Positions 48,872 to 58,334 of a DNA stretch of 64,000 bases are shown here, one piece after another. A program made the translations under genes and the position numbers. The notes below the pieces were generated by a model. The model made no database searches. It saw nothing but the letters and a program-made list of their open reading frames with translations, and was not told the origin of the DNA. The DNA is taken from positions 192,001 to 256,000 of the forward strand of contig OY781089.1 of the NCBI GenBank assembly GCA_963676565.1, in the 5' to 3' direction. The stretch is from Halarcobacter sp. GTDB taxonomy: Bacteria > Campylobacterota > Campylobacteria > Campylobacterales > Arcobacteraceae. Position 1 is the stretch's first letter. Each line of letters starts with the position of its first letter.

Positions 48872-50386
48872 TTAGCTTTTACTACTCTTACTAAACTCTT
48901 TTATCATTGCTAATATTTCCGATTCATTTGCGGCATCTTCCCTAGTAATAAGTCCTGATTTTAAGGTTTCTAATTTGGATAATGCAGTTTCTATTCGTTC
49001 TAAAAACTCATTAGCTTCTGTTCCTTGAGTTTTTTTATCTTCTTGTTTTAAATTATCTCCTTCTGTTTTTACAATAGCTTGACCCATAACTCTTTTTTCC
49101 ATAGCAGCTATCTCTTTTTCTGTTTTACTTAATAAGGCTTCAATCTCTTTTTTTGAGTAATTCCCCTCTTCTATTTTCTCTTTTAGTTTTCGAAGAAGCT
49201 CTTGTAAAGATTCAAGTTCAGAAACTGTAAAACCAGTTTTCATTAAAGAGAAAATATCTTCAACCATAGCCCTTAACTTTTCTATATCTTCTTTTTCCTT
49301 TTTGTTAGAACTTGTGGTATTGTTTTTTTTGTTTTCATCATTATCACTAGCTTTATAATTGTCAAAAAAACTCAGAACACTATTTAATAAATCTAACATC
49401 TCTGAAGGATCTCCACCAAACTTTCTTGCACCCTCTTCAAGGTCAGAGATTTCATCTTTAAAATAATCTTTTATGCTTTCTAAAGATGCAAACTCTTTTT
49501 TAGGATTTTTCTCATGATTTCCAGGAACTATATTTCCATTTTCATCTTCCATAAGTCCACTTCCAAAAGAAGACCAAAAATTAGCACTTAATTTCATATA
49601 GTCACGAACATCTAAATTTGATAAAAAGTTAACAAATTCATCTTTTAAATTTGCATCCTTTGAAAAAGCAGAATCTTCAAACCAGAAATCATTCCCTGCT
49701 TTAAAACTATTATATCTTTGTAAACCCGTGCTATATTTTTCATCTATTATAGAGCTATCATCTAAAGAGTTTTTATATGAAGTTAAAATATTTTTATAGG
49801 CATTTGCGTATGGCATTGCTTGTTCTTTACCCACCACTCCTGAAAGTGATATATGGGAATTAGACATTGTTGAGAAGAAAAAATTAAATTCTGTTGCAGT
49901 CATATTTTTAAAATATTCCCTTGTATTAACATCATCTGAACCATAATTGATATAACCATTTTCTACATCAACACTATAACTTGCTTTTAACTCCTTACCC
50001 GAAAGGTATCTATTGGCACTCATATGCATATCAAAAGAGAAAGTCAAAATTTCACTTTTTGACATAGTTGAAGTTGTTTCAAATACTGCTTTTTGCATAT
50101 TTATATCTCCAAAACTTGCAGCCATCCCAAAAGCTATAGATTTTTCAAATCCAGACTCTTCACTAATAAATTTTAAATGTGCACTTTTTTCCTCATCTGT
50201 TAAACTATTAAAATACTCAAAATCATATAGATCAACTTCTTCAGAATTTGTAGACTTATCTTTTTTATTAGATGTATCAGCTAGTGTTTGTTGAAAACTA
50301 TTTGTTTCATTTTCACTCTTAACAACTTTTCTATAACTTATACTTTCATAGCTATTATATGATACGTGTGTTGATGCAACTGTCAT
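48872..50386 (-). CDS. Hypothetical protein; C-terminal domain paralogous to 51530-52705
   Basis: Long ORF, start placed at ATG 50386 after AGGAGA; VEDIFSLMKTGFTVSELESL...EKRVMG. Confidence 0.75.
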   Translation of the reverse strand: MTVASTHVSYNSYESISYRKVVKSENETNSFQQTLADTSNKKDKSTNSEEVDLYDFEYFNSLTDEEKSAHLKFISEESGFEKSIAFGMAASFGDINMQKAVFETTSTMSKSEILTFSFDMHMSANRYLSGKELKASYSVDVENGYINYGSDDVNTREYFKNMTATEFNFFFSTMSNSHISLSGVVGKEQAMPYANAYKNILTSYKNSLDDSSIIDEKYSTGLQRYNSFKAGNDFWFEDSAFSKDANLKDEFVNFLSNLDVRDYMKLSANFWSSFGSGLMEDENGNIVPGNHEKNPKKEFASLESIKDYFKDEISDLEEGARKFGGDPSEMLDLLNSVLSFFDNYKASDNDENKKNNTTSSNKKEKEDIEKLRAMVEDIFSLMKTGFTVSELESLQELLRKLKEKIEEGNYSKKEIEALLSKTEKEIAAMEKRVMGQAIVKTEGDNLKQEDKKTQGTEANEFLERIETALSKLETLKSGLITREDAANESEILAMIKEFSKSSKS

Positions 50387-50590
50387 GATTTCTCCTATAT
50401 TAATTAGCGATTTCATATTCATAATCAAACTTTTTATTTATCCATATGAAATTATAACACCGATAAAACTTTTAATCATTTTTTTTCTAACAAAAAAAAT
50501 TATATTTTTTTAAATTTTAAAAAGAACTACTAAAAAAGCGTAACTATAAGAATATAATAAAATTGAATATTTAAAAAAAAGGAAGAGATT

Positions 50591-50609
50591 TGTGACACAA
50601 GATGTGACA
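50591..50609. promoter_or_regulatory. Direct repeat TGTGACA-N5-TGTGACA, candidate winged-helix regulator site
   Basis: GTGAC repeated at 50592 and 50604 (12-bp period); same arrangement at 51458 and 51470. Confidence 0.5.
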
Positions 50610-50635
50610 GATAGAAATGTATTAAACTAATTGTT

Positions 50636-51325
50636 TTAAAAAACAGGTGTTAATTTAAATCCTTGAGGAGGAACTGCTTCTATTAATTTATGCTCTAATT
50701 TTGTCCTTAACCTATAAACTAGAGTTCTAATTGCACCATTTGTTACTTGTGAATGGGGCCAAATAATATATTCTATTTCATAAAAAGAAACAGGACTTCC
50801 CTTTGCTTCAACAAGTATACTTAAAAGTTTTCTCTCTTTTACACTAAGTTTTATAGGTGTTGTTTTAAAAAAAAGTGATTGGGTTTCCATATCAAAATAA
50901 TAATCAAATCCTAAAGGTGTACATCTTTTATCTATTATTACTTGATTTGATCTATTTATTTTAAATATTGCCAAAAGTAAAGCAGACTTTAGTTCCTTTT
51001 TATTAATTGGTTTTAAAAGATAACTTATTGGATTGGTTTCAATTGCCCTTGTCATAGTTTCATCATCATCGCAAGAAGTAAGATAAATAATAGGTATATT
51101 CTTAAATTTCTGGACCTCTTTTGCAAGTTCAATTCCATCTTGACCATTTTCTAAATTTATGCCAATTGTGATAATATCAGGTAATTTTATATCTATTACT
51201 TTAAAAGCATCATTATAGTTTGACACTACATCAATAACTTCATAACCAAATTCAAGAATAGTATTTTTTATATTAATAGCTTCTGCATTTTCTTTTTCAA
51301 CAATTAAAATCTTTGTTTTATTCAT
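50636..51325 (-). CDS. Orphan OmpR-like response regulator with degenerate receiver
   Basis: REC-like N terminus, but ILIVEKE replaces the acidic pair and DIITIGINL has Gly at the phosphoacceptor Asp position; C-terminal wHTH (IRTLVYRLRTKL...QGFKL). Confidence 0.85.
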   Translation of the reverse strand: MNKTKILIVEKENAEAINIKNTILEFGYEVIDVVSNYNDAFKVIDIKLPDIITIGINLENGQDGIELAKEVQKFKNIPIIYLTSCDDDETMTRAIETNPISYLLKPINKKELKSALLLAIFKINRSNQVIIDKRCTPLGFDYYFDMETQSLFFKTTPIKLSVKERKLLSILVEAKGSPVSFYEIEYIIWPHSQVTNGAIRTLVYRLRTKLEHKLIEAVPPQGFKLTPVF

Positions 51326-51457
51326 ATTAGACCTAAAAAAATATAATAAAATTATAGTAAAATAATCTTACTCTTTATACTTTAGATTTTTAAAATTCAA
51401 AAAATTCTAATCTAGGCACTTAAAAATAGAGTCTAAAAATTAAGAAAAATTAAAACC

Positions 51458-51475
51458 GTGACTGTACATGTGACA
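51458..51475. promoter_or_regulatory. Direct repeat GTGAC-N7-GTGAC just upstream of a TATACT -10 box
   Basis: GTGACTgtacatGTGACA; TATACT at 51485-51490 ahead of gene 51530. Confidence 0.5.
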
Positions 51476-51529
51476 CTCTTTTGGTATACTTTTTTGTTGA
51501 CGATATTAAAATGTTGAAAGGCTTTTTAA

Positions 51530-52705
51530 ATGCAAATTAAATCATATCTAGATAGCTTTAGTAAAAATGCTGTAAATGCACAAGATAACAATCAAAAAGC
51601 AGAAAACATCCCTTTTGATAAACTTCTAATTGAAAAAAATATACAAAATAATATTCCCAAAGAAGTTCCTGTTCATCTAGAAAAATATGATGATTCAAAA
51701 TTAACTCAAGAGCAGTTTGATAAGCTAATAGATAAACTTGATTTGAATTATTTATCCCAAGAGGAAAAAGAACTTTATAAATCAATTATTGATAATGGAT
51801 ATATAAGCAATGAAGAGATAAAAGATTTATCCTATGAAGAGATGAAAACCTTAGGTAAATTTGTTTTCAAAAAAGATGAATCGGGTGAATATATAGATGA
51901 AACCCTTTTAAATAGTGATATGAAAGCAGGAACCCTTTTAAGTACTGCTGTTATTAGCGATAATGATGATTTTAATAAATCAGTATTTAAAATGGTTGAA
52001 AACCTTGAAAAAGATGAGGATATAACAAACTTCATGTATCTAATTACTGGAACTTTTCATAGTAATAAGCTCATTGCATTTCCCCAATTACAAGAGATAG
52101 ACTATGAAGGAAAAGATATTAAAGAGTTTTTAAAAGACAAAATCTCTACTTTTGAAGATATGATTGAAGTTTCTGCAAGTAGTGAGCTAAGTAAAGTACT
52201 TCAAGGTGTTATCAATCAATTTGATGATTTATTAAATCTTTTTAATACTATCTCAAAAAATAAAGATGAACCAACTACAAAGTGTTCTTATGAAGTAGAT
52301 ATTACCCAAAAACTTATTGATGATTTATTCTCTTTAATGGAAACTGGATTAACTAAAACAGAACTTGAATCCATAGAAAAACTAATGAATCAAATAAAAG
52401 AAAAAATAGAAGATTCAAAAGAAAAAAAAGTATCAGAGGATAAAATAAGAGAACTTCTTAAAGAGCTAGAAGACAAAATAAAAGAGATACAAAAAAGAGT
52501 AATGGGTAATGATAAGATTGAAATTGAAAAGGACTCAAATAATATAAAAGATGATGAATTATCAGTAAATATGCAAGAGTTTAAATCTACTCTACAAAGT
52601 CTGAAAATTGCCCTTGAAAAAATAAAAGAAGAGGGTGCAAATAAAACCAATCCTCTTTCTAGTCATGAAGAGTTGAGCTTAAGAGAACAACTTAATCAAA
52701 ACTAA
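51530..52705 (+). CDS. Hypothetical acidic protein; C-terminal domain paralogous to 48872-50386
   Basis: IDDLFSLMETGLTKTELESI...QKRVMG. Confidence 0.75.
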   Translation: MQIKSYLDSFSKNAVNAQDNNQKAENIPFDKLLIEKNIQNNIPKEVPVHLEKYDDSKLTQEQFDKLIDKLDLNYLSQEEKELYKSIIDNGYISNEEIKDLSYEEMKTLGKFVFKKDESGEYIDETLLNSDMKAGTLLSTAVISDNDDFNKSVFKMVENLEKDEDITNFMYLITGTFHSNKLIAFPQLQEIDYEGKDIKEFLKDKISTFEDMIEVSASSELSKVLQGVINQFDDLLNLFNTISKNKDEPTTKCSYEVDITQKLIDDLFSLMETGLTKTELESIEKLMNQIKEKIEDSKEKKVSEDKIRELLKELEDKIKEIQKRVMGNDKIEIEKDSNNIKDDELSVNMQEFKSTLQSLKIALEKIKEEGANKTNPLSSHEELSLREQLNQN

Positions 52706-52730
52706 TAGTGGGTAAGAGTTTACCCACTAT
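52705..52730. terminator. Hairpin terminator between convergent genes
   Basis: ATAGTGGGTAA-gagt-TTACCCACTAT. Confidence 0.7.
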
Positions 52731-52762
52731 ATCACAATATTTATCTAACAATTTACTTCAAG

Positions 52763-54181
52763 TTAAACAAATACTTTTCTAAGTGCTGAAACCCTAGATA
52801 AAATTAAAAAGTCAAAGGCTAAGACAGCTATTAAAGTAAGTCCTACTAGTGGGAAAAATAAAGATACTGCTAGCATTAAAAGCATTGCATTTTTCCAATG
52901 GGGTAAATTTTTTGGCATTGGTGGAGCAACTAGTTTAAATCCTGCACCCGTTGGTCTTCTTTTCCACCACATTATAAGTCCTGTGATACTTAAAGCAATT
53001 ACAGATAAACAGATTATAGTATTTATAAGTAGATTCCAAATAGTCACTAAACCCATATGTATAGGAATAGATAGAGCCATTGTCTTTCCAGCAAAAGAAT
53101 AGTCATCAAAGGTAACTTTTGCAAGAACTTTTCCCGTATACCTATCAATATGGACTGTCTTATCATCAAATGGATTTTTTGCATCACTATTCATGGTATC
53201 TTGATTTAAAGTCCATACTCCTATTTCACCTTTAGGAAAAGAAACTCTATATCTTCCTTCAAAACCTAACCTTGTGGCTAATCTTTCAATACTATCTATA
53301 TTTACTTTTTCACCTTTTAATGTTCCTTTTACTCCTTCTTTTGAACCTGAAGCTGGTAATTGGGTATGTTCAATAGCCCATGGCATTCCTTCACTAGGAC
53401 CATGATTTAAAGAAGCATGAGTTTTATCTGATAAAGGGATTTTATCCCATTTTTGAGCAGGGAAAGTACTCCAAGCTTGAACTAACTTTCCACCCCAAAC
53501 TCCAGTCCAAGACATTCCAGAAAGTAAAAATAAAAAGAAAAAAATAGCAACATAAGTTCCTAAAACTGAGTGAAAGTTCTTAAAAAACTCCCTACCTTTT
53601 AAAGAAAAATCAAAAGCTAATACTTTATTTATTTTTTTACCTCGAGGCCACCAAAGATATAAACCAGTAATAATTAAAATAATAGCAAAACCAGCAGCAA
53701 TTTCTAATATCCTATCTCCAGTTTTACCTATGAGTAAATCACTATGGATATTGTCTGCTAAGTCATACCAACCTTGTCTTCTTTTCCAGTCTTTTACAAT
53801 CTCTCCTGTGTAAGGATTTACTGCAACCATTGTTTGAGAACCATCTTTTAACTTCAATCTAAAAACATTTACTCTATCTTTTTTAGGAGCCATAATTAGC
53901 TCCACTAAAGTAGAATTAGGAATTGTACTTTGAGCAAGTTTTGACTGTTTTTCCAAACTAATCTTAACAACACCTTGAGGGACAGGAACAATTACTCTTT
54001 CCCCATCTCGCCCATCAAAGAAACCTATATACATCATCATAATACCAGTTATAGCCAAAATAAGCATAAAAGGGACTACAAAAACACCAGCATAAAAATG
54101 CCATCTCCATACCGCTTTATAAAAAACACTATCTTTGTTTTCTATATCTTTTTTTTGATTTAATTTCATCTGCACATCCAA
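52763..54181 (-). CDS. PepSY-associated TM helix domain protein
   Basis: WRWHFYAG, VNPYTGEI, IHSDLL, ITGLYLWWPR, HIDRYTGKVL, IHMG, MWWKRRP. Confidence 0.9.
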   Translation of the reverse strand: MDVQMKLNQKKDIENKDSVFYKAVWRWHFYAGVFVVPFMLILAITGIMMMYIGFFDGRDGERVIVPVPQGVVKISLEKQSKLAQSTIPNSTLVELIMAPKKDRVNVFRLKLKDGSQTMVAVNPYTGEIVKDWKRRQGWYDLADNIHSDLLIGKTGDRILEIAAGFAIILIITGLYLWWPRGKKINKVLAFDFSLKGREFFKNFHSVLGTYVAIFFFLFLLSGMSWTGVWGGKLVQAWSTFPAQKWDKIPLSDKTHASLNHGPSEGMPWAIEHTQLPASGSKEGVKGTLKGEKVNIDSIERLATRLGFEGRYRVSFPKGEIGVWTLNQDTMNSDAKNPFDDKTVHIDRYTGKVLAKVTFDDYSFAGKTMALSIPIHMGLVTIWNLLINTIICLSVIALSITGLIMWWKRRPTGAGFKLVAPPMPKNLPHWKNAMLLMLAVSLFFPLVGLTLIAVLAFDFLILSRVSALRKVFV

Positions 54182-54220
54182 TTAAGAAAATAACTGGAGA
54201 GTTTATAAAAAAAGTGTTAA

Positions 54221-55108
54221 TTATCTATTAATTAAAACTTTCTTTATAGAATCAAAAGAGAATATAACTAAAGCAAGCCAAATTAAAATAAAAGTGATTA
54301 ACTTATCAGTATTAAAATCTTCATTGTAAATAAAAATTGCCAATAAAAAAGAAGCTGTTGGACCAATATATTGAAAAAAACCTAAAGTTGTAAGTCTTAT
54401 TCTAATTGCAGCACTATTGAAAAGCAAAAGAGGTATTACAGTTACAAATCCGGCTAAAAATAACATAAAAGATATATATGAAGAACTATTTTGAATAAAT
54501 GATAGATTTCCATATAGATATAAATATATTAAATATCCAATAGCAAAAGGGAATAAAAGTAAAACCTCAACAAACAATCCAACTTGAGAAGAAACATTTA
54601 TTTTCTTTCTAAGAAGCCCATAAAATGCAAAACTAAAAGCAAGAGAAAAGGCAATATATGGAATATGTCCTAAGGTTAAAAGTTGATAAATTACAGCTAA
54701 TAAAGCAATAAAAATAGCAAAATATTGACTTATACTTACTCTCTCACTAAAAAAGAAATAACCAAATACAACATTTACTAAAGGATTAATATAATATCCC
54801 AAAGATGTTTCTAAAATTTTACCATTTGACACTGCCCAGATAAAAATAAGCCAATTAACTGATACAAAAAAAGTTGAGGCTAAAAGATATTTTATTTTTC
54901 TCATATCCTTTATGGTAATAAAAAACAAACCTATCTCTTTTTTATAAAAAATCAATGGCAAAAGGATAAAAACAGAAAAAACAATTCTATATAATAAAAC
55001 TTCTGTAGAGTCTATTGTTGCAACTTCTTTAAAATAAATTGGTGATAATCCACCCCAAAAAAGAAAAGCAAAAGTTGCATAAAAATAACCTTGAGCTTCT
55101 TTACTCAA
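54221..55108 (-). CDS. rarD: EamA-family transporter RarD
   Basis: NWLIFIWAV, ETSLGYYINPLVNV, YGLLRK, LGFFQYIGPT. Confidence 0.9.
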   Translation of the reverse strand: MSKEAQGYFYATFAFLFWGGLSPIYFKEVATIDSTEVLLYRIVFSVFILLPLIFYKKEIGLFFITIKDMRKIKYLLASTFFVSVNWLIFIWAVSNGKILETSLGYYINPLVNVVFGYFFFSERVSISQYFAIFIALLAVIYQLLTLGHIPYIAFSLAFSFAFYGLLRKKINVSSQVGLFVEVLLLFPFAIGYLIYLYLYGNLSFIQNSSSYISFMLFLAGFVTVIPLLLFNSAAIRIRLTTLGFFQYIGPTASFLLAIFIYNEDFNTDKLITFILIWLALVIFSFDSIKKVLINR

Positions 55109-55176
55109 AATAACTCCTTAAAAAAGGAATTATTTTATCCAAACTTCAATTATTAATATAGTAAAAAATTGCTCTT

Positions 55177-55404
55177 TTAAAAAAACTTCTTAATCTCTTC
55201 TGGATTTAGTAATTTTCCTGTGCTTTTTACCTCTCCATTTATAACAAGACCTGGCGTATTCATAACACCATATTCCATGATTTTTACCATATCTTCTACT
55301 TTTTCAACTTGTGCAAAAACTCCAGCTTCAGCAACTGCTTTTTTTGCATTTTCAGTTAATGCTTGGCACTTTGAACAACCTGTTCCTAAAATTTCTATTT
55401 TCAT
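55177..55404 (-). CDS. Small redox-active disulfide protein (thioredoxin-like, ars-associated)
   Basis: ILGTGCSKC (CxxC), YGVMNTPGLVING. Confidence 0.9.
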   Translation of the reverse strand: MKIEILGTGCSKCQALTENAKKAVAEAGVFAQVEKVEDMVKIMEYGVMNTPGLVINGEVKSTGKLLNPEEIKKFF

Positions 55405-55482
55405 CTATTCTCCTATAGAATGCCCTATTTCAGGAGGGCAATATAATTAATATTTCTTAAACTATCTAAAGCAATTTATTCT

Positions 55483-56442
55483 TTACAATATTGCATTAAA
55501 GATATAACCAATTAATATTATACCACTACCTATTATTGCAAAAAATATTGCAATTAATTTTATATGCAAAACTCTTTTTAAAATCATTGCTTCAGGAAGA
55601 CTTAGGGCTGTAACTGCCATCATAAAAGATAAAGCACTTCCAAGCAACATCCCCTTTGAAGTTAAAACCTCAACAAGAGGCATAACCCCTGCAGCACTTG
55701 AATACATTGGAATTCCTAAAACAACTGCTAAAGGAACTGTATACCAAGCATCTCCGCCTGTATATTTTACTATAAAATCTGTAGGAACATATCCATGAAT
55801 AAATGCACCAACTCCTACACCTAAAATCACATAAATATAAATCTTTTTAAAGATATCTATTGTGTAATCCCAAGCTTCTTTAACTCTAGATTTTGCATCC
55901 AAATTAATATCAGGATTTTCACAACACCCTTCCATCGGTTTTACATCAATAAGTATATATTTTTCTGCATTTGTTTTACCAATTAAGTATCCACCAATAA
56001 TTGCAATTAAAAGCCCAAACCCTATATAAATAGCCGTGATTTTCCAACCAAAAAGGCCAAATAACATAGCTATTGCTATTTCGTTGTTTAGTGGGGCACT
56101 TATTAAAAAGGAAAAAGTAACTCCAATAGGAATTCTAGCTTGTAAAAAACCTAAAAATAAAGGAATAGCAGAACAAGTACAAAAAGGAGTAATTATTCCA
56201 AAAAGAGATGCTAGGATATTTCCTGTAAATTGTGACTTTCCTTGCAGGTAAGCTCTTACTTTTTCAACATTAAACCAAGTTCTAAGATATGAAACTACAA
56301 AAATAATAGTAATTAAAAGTATAAAAATCTTAACAGTATCATAAATAAAAAAATGTACAGCACTTCCAATAGTAGTATCTGCATCTAATGCAAATAAACC
56401 ATATACTAACTTGTCAACAATTTTTTCCCACCAAGTAAACAT
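55483..56442 (-). CDS. arsP: ArsP-family (DUF318) permease
   Basis: TPFCTCSAIP, FLISAP, AVTALSLPE; ars operon context. Confidence 0.85.
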   Translation of the reverse strand: MFTWWEKIVDKLVYGLFALDADTTIGSAVHFFIYDTVKIFILLITIIFVVSYLRTWFNVEKVRAYLQGKSQFTGNILASLFGIITPFCTCSAIPLFLGFLQARIPIGVTFSFLISAPLNNEIAIAMLFGLFGWKITAIYIGFGLLIAIIGGYLIGKTNAEKYILIDVKPMEGCCENPDINLDAKSRVKEAWDYTIDIFKKIYIYVILGVGVGAFIHGYVPTDFIVKYTGGDAWYTVPLAVVLGIPMYSSAAGVMPLVEVLTSKGMLLGSALSFMMAVTALSLPEAMILKRVLHIKLIAIFFAIIGSGIILIGYIFNAIL

Positions 56443-56443
56443 T

Positions 56444-56848
56444 TTATAAACCTAACTCTTCTTTTACCTTTGGAAGTAAAGTTTCATAAATCTCTTCATA
56501 TGTTGCTTCAAATGCATCAAAACCTTTCCCATCTGGATCTTCAAAACCAACATGGATAACTTTCACTGCATTTGGGAACATTGGGCAAGTCTCATTCGCA
56601 TGGTCACAAACTGTTACAACTAAATCATACTCATTGTCAATAACTTTATCAATAGTTTTTGAGTGATATTCCTCTTTCCAAATACCTTTTTCTTCTAATA
56701 GTTTTTGTGCATTTGGATTTACTCTTCCACTTGCTTTTACACCACTACTATCACTTACTGCACCTTCAATAAATGCATTTATTTGAGCCTCAGCTATAAT
56801 ACTTCTACAAGAGTTCCCTGTACATAAAATTAAAACTTTTTTATCCAT
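56444..56848 (-). CDS. arsC: Thioredoxin-coupled arsenate reductase (LMW-PTP fold)
   Basis: CTGNSCRS P-loop, VTVCDHANETCP, FEDP. Confidence 0.93.
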   Translation of the reverse strand: MDKKVLILCTGNSCRSIIAEAQINAFIEGAVSDSSGVKASGRVNPNAQKLLEEKGIWKEEYHSKTIDKVIDNEYDLVVTVCDHANETCPMFPNAVKVIHVGFEDPDGKGFDAFEATYEEIYETLLPKVKEELGL

Positions 56849-56881
56849 CTTTTTTCCTTTAAAATATGCTTTAAACTATTT

Positions 56882-57006
56882 GGCTACCGAAAGATTTTAT
56901 TGAGTTTATTTGAACGATTCTGGAACTTTAGGGTCAACATCTTTGATGTTGGGGTACCCAAAGTGAAGCTCTAGTGAAAATAAACTACAATAAAATTCTA
57001 TTAGCC
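56882..57006. repeat. ~125-bp imperfect palindromic element (MITE/REP-like or structured RNA)
   Basis: Nested complementary arms GGCTA/TAGCC, ATTTTATTG/CAATAAAAT, AGTTTATTT/AAATAAACT and CAACATC-ttt-GATGTTG. Confidence 0.65.
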
Positions 57007-58260
57007 TTATATTAGTGTCAACAACACAACAAACAGAACTGGTGGCGTTACAATAAGACCAAATTTACTATATTGCCAGAAACCAATTTTCACACCCTTT
57101 TGACCTAAAACATGAAGCCAAAGTAAAGTTGCTAAAGAACCGAATGGAGTCATTTTAGGGCCTAAGTTACATCCAATGATATTTGCATAAGCTAAAGCTT
57201 CATTTGGTATATCTTTCATTGCAATATCCATGACCATAATTGTTGGCATATTGTTCATAATAGCACTTAATATTGCACTTAAAAAACCTGTTCCAATAAT
57301 TGCAATTGCATCACCTCTTTGTACTAAATCTTGCAATATTAAAGTCAAATAATCAGTTAAACCTTCATTTTTAAGACCATAAACTACTATATACAAACCA
57401 ATAGAAAACCACACCACTTGCCAAGGTGCTGTTTTAATTATCTCTTTTGCATTTGCATATTTTGAAACACTTGCAATAATTAAGAAAATCAAACCCCCAC
57501 CTAAGGCAAATACAGAAACTGGTAAATCAAATCCATCACCAATAAAATATCCAACTAATAAAAGTGCTAAAAATATCCATGAAAATTTAAATAATGTCTT
57601 ACTTTTTAATACCTCATCTGGATTTTTTAATAAACTAACATCTACAGTTTTTGGAATATCCTTTCTTAAAATAAGCCATAAAACAACAATAGAAACAATA
57701 GTACTTACTATATATGGAATAATCATATTTGATAAATACTCTAAAAATCCTATGTCAAAATAGTTTGCCGTAACAATATTTGTTAAGTTTGAAAATACAA
57801 AAGGAAGTGAAGCTGAGTCACTAATAAATCCACCTGCTAGTAAAAAAGCTAAAATTGTTTTTGCATTTAATTGTAAAATTCTCATTTTTGCAAGTAAAAT
57901 AGGAGTTAAAATAAGTGCTGCTCCATCATTTGCAAAAAGTGCTGATACAAAACTTCCAAGTAATAAAGCATAGACAAACATCAGATGCCCACTTCCCTTT
58001 GATAGTTTTGCCATTTTAATTGCACACCATTCAAAAAATCCAATCTCATCTAAAACCATCGATAAAATTATAATCCCAATAAATGCTAAAGTTGCATCCC
58101 ATACAATATCTGTAACAATTAAAACATCATCTAAACTTACAACACCCACTATTAAAGCAATAATTGCTCCAATTACAGCTGTCGTTCCTATTTGTAAACC
58201 CTTGGGTTGCCATATTACAAAAATAAGTGTTATCAAAAATATAGCACTAGCTTGTATCAT
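57007..58260 (-). CDS. arsB: Arsenite efflux permease (ArsB family)
   Basis: FANDGAALILTP, SNLTNIV, MNNMPT, IGCNLGPKMTPFGSLATLLWLHVL. Confidence 0.95.
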   Translation of the reverse strand: MIQASAIFLITLIFVIWQPKGLQIGTTAVIGAIIALIVGVVSLDDVLIVTDIVWDATLAFIGIIILSMVLDEIGFFEWCAIKMAKLSKGSGHLMFVYALLLGSFVSALFANDGAALILTPILLAKMRILQLNAKTILAFLLAGGFISDSASLPFVFSNLTNIVTANYFDIGFLEYLSNMIIPYIVSTIVSIVVLWLILRKDIPKTVDVSLLKNPDEVLKSKTLFKFSWIFLALLLVGYFIGDGFDLPVSVFALGGGLIFLIIASVSKYANAKEIIKTAPWQVVWFSIGLYIVVYGLKNEGLTDYLTLILQDLVQRGDAIAIIGTGFLSAILSAIMNNMPTIMVMDIAMKDIPNEALAYANIIGCNLGPKMTPFGSLATLLWLHVLGQKGVKIGFWQYSKFGLIVTPPVLFVVLLTLI

Positions 58261-58279
58261 TTTTTTTAATCTCCTAAGT

Positions 58280-58309
58280 TTCTAATATATCAAGATATAT
58301 TGATGTATT
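58280..58309. promoter_or_regulatory. Probable ArsR operator upstream of arsB
   Basis: TTCTAATATATCAAGATATATTGATGTATT, an imperfect palindrome and the exact reverse complement of 59044-59073. Confidence 0.8.
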
Positions 58310-58334
58310 TTATAAAAAAAGAGTAACTAACTAG

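Noticed and set aside
56882..57006. Integron attC site or tRNA
   Set aside because: It lacks RYYYAAC/GTTRRRY ends, no integrase is in the window, and there is no cloverleaf or T-loop motif.
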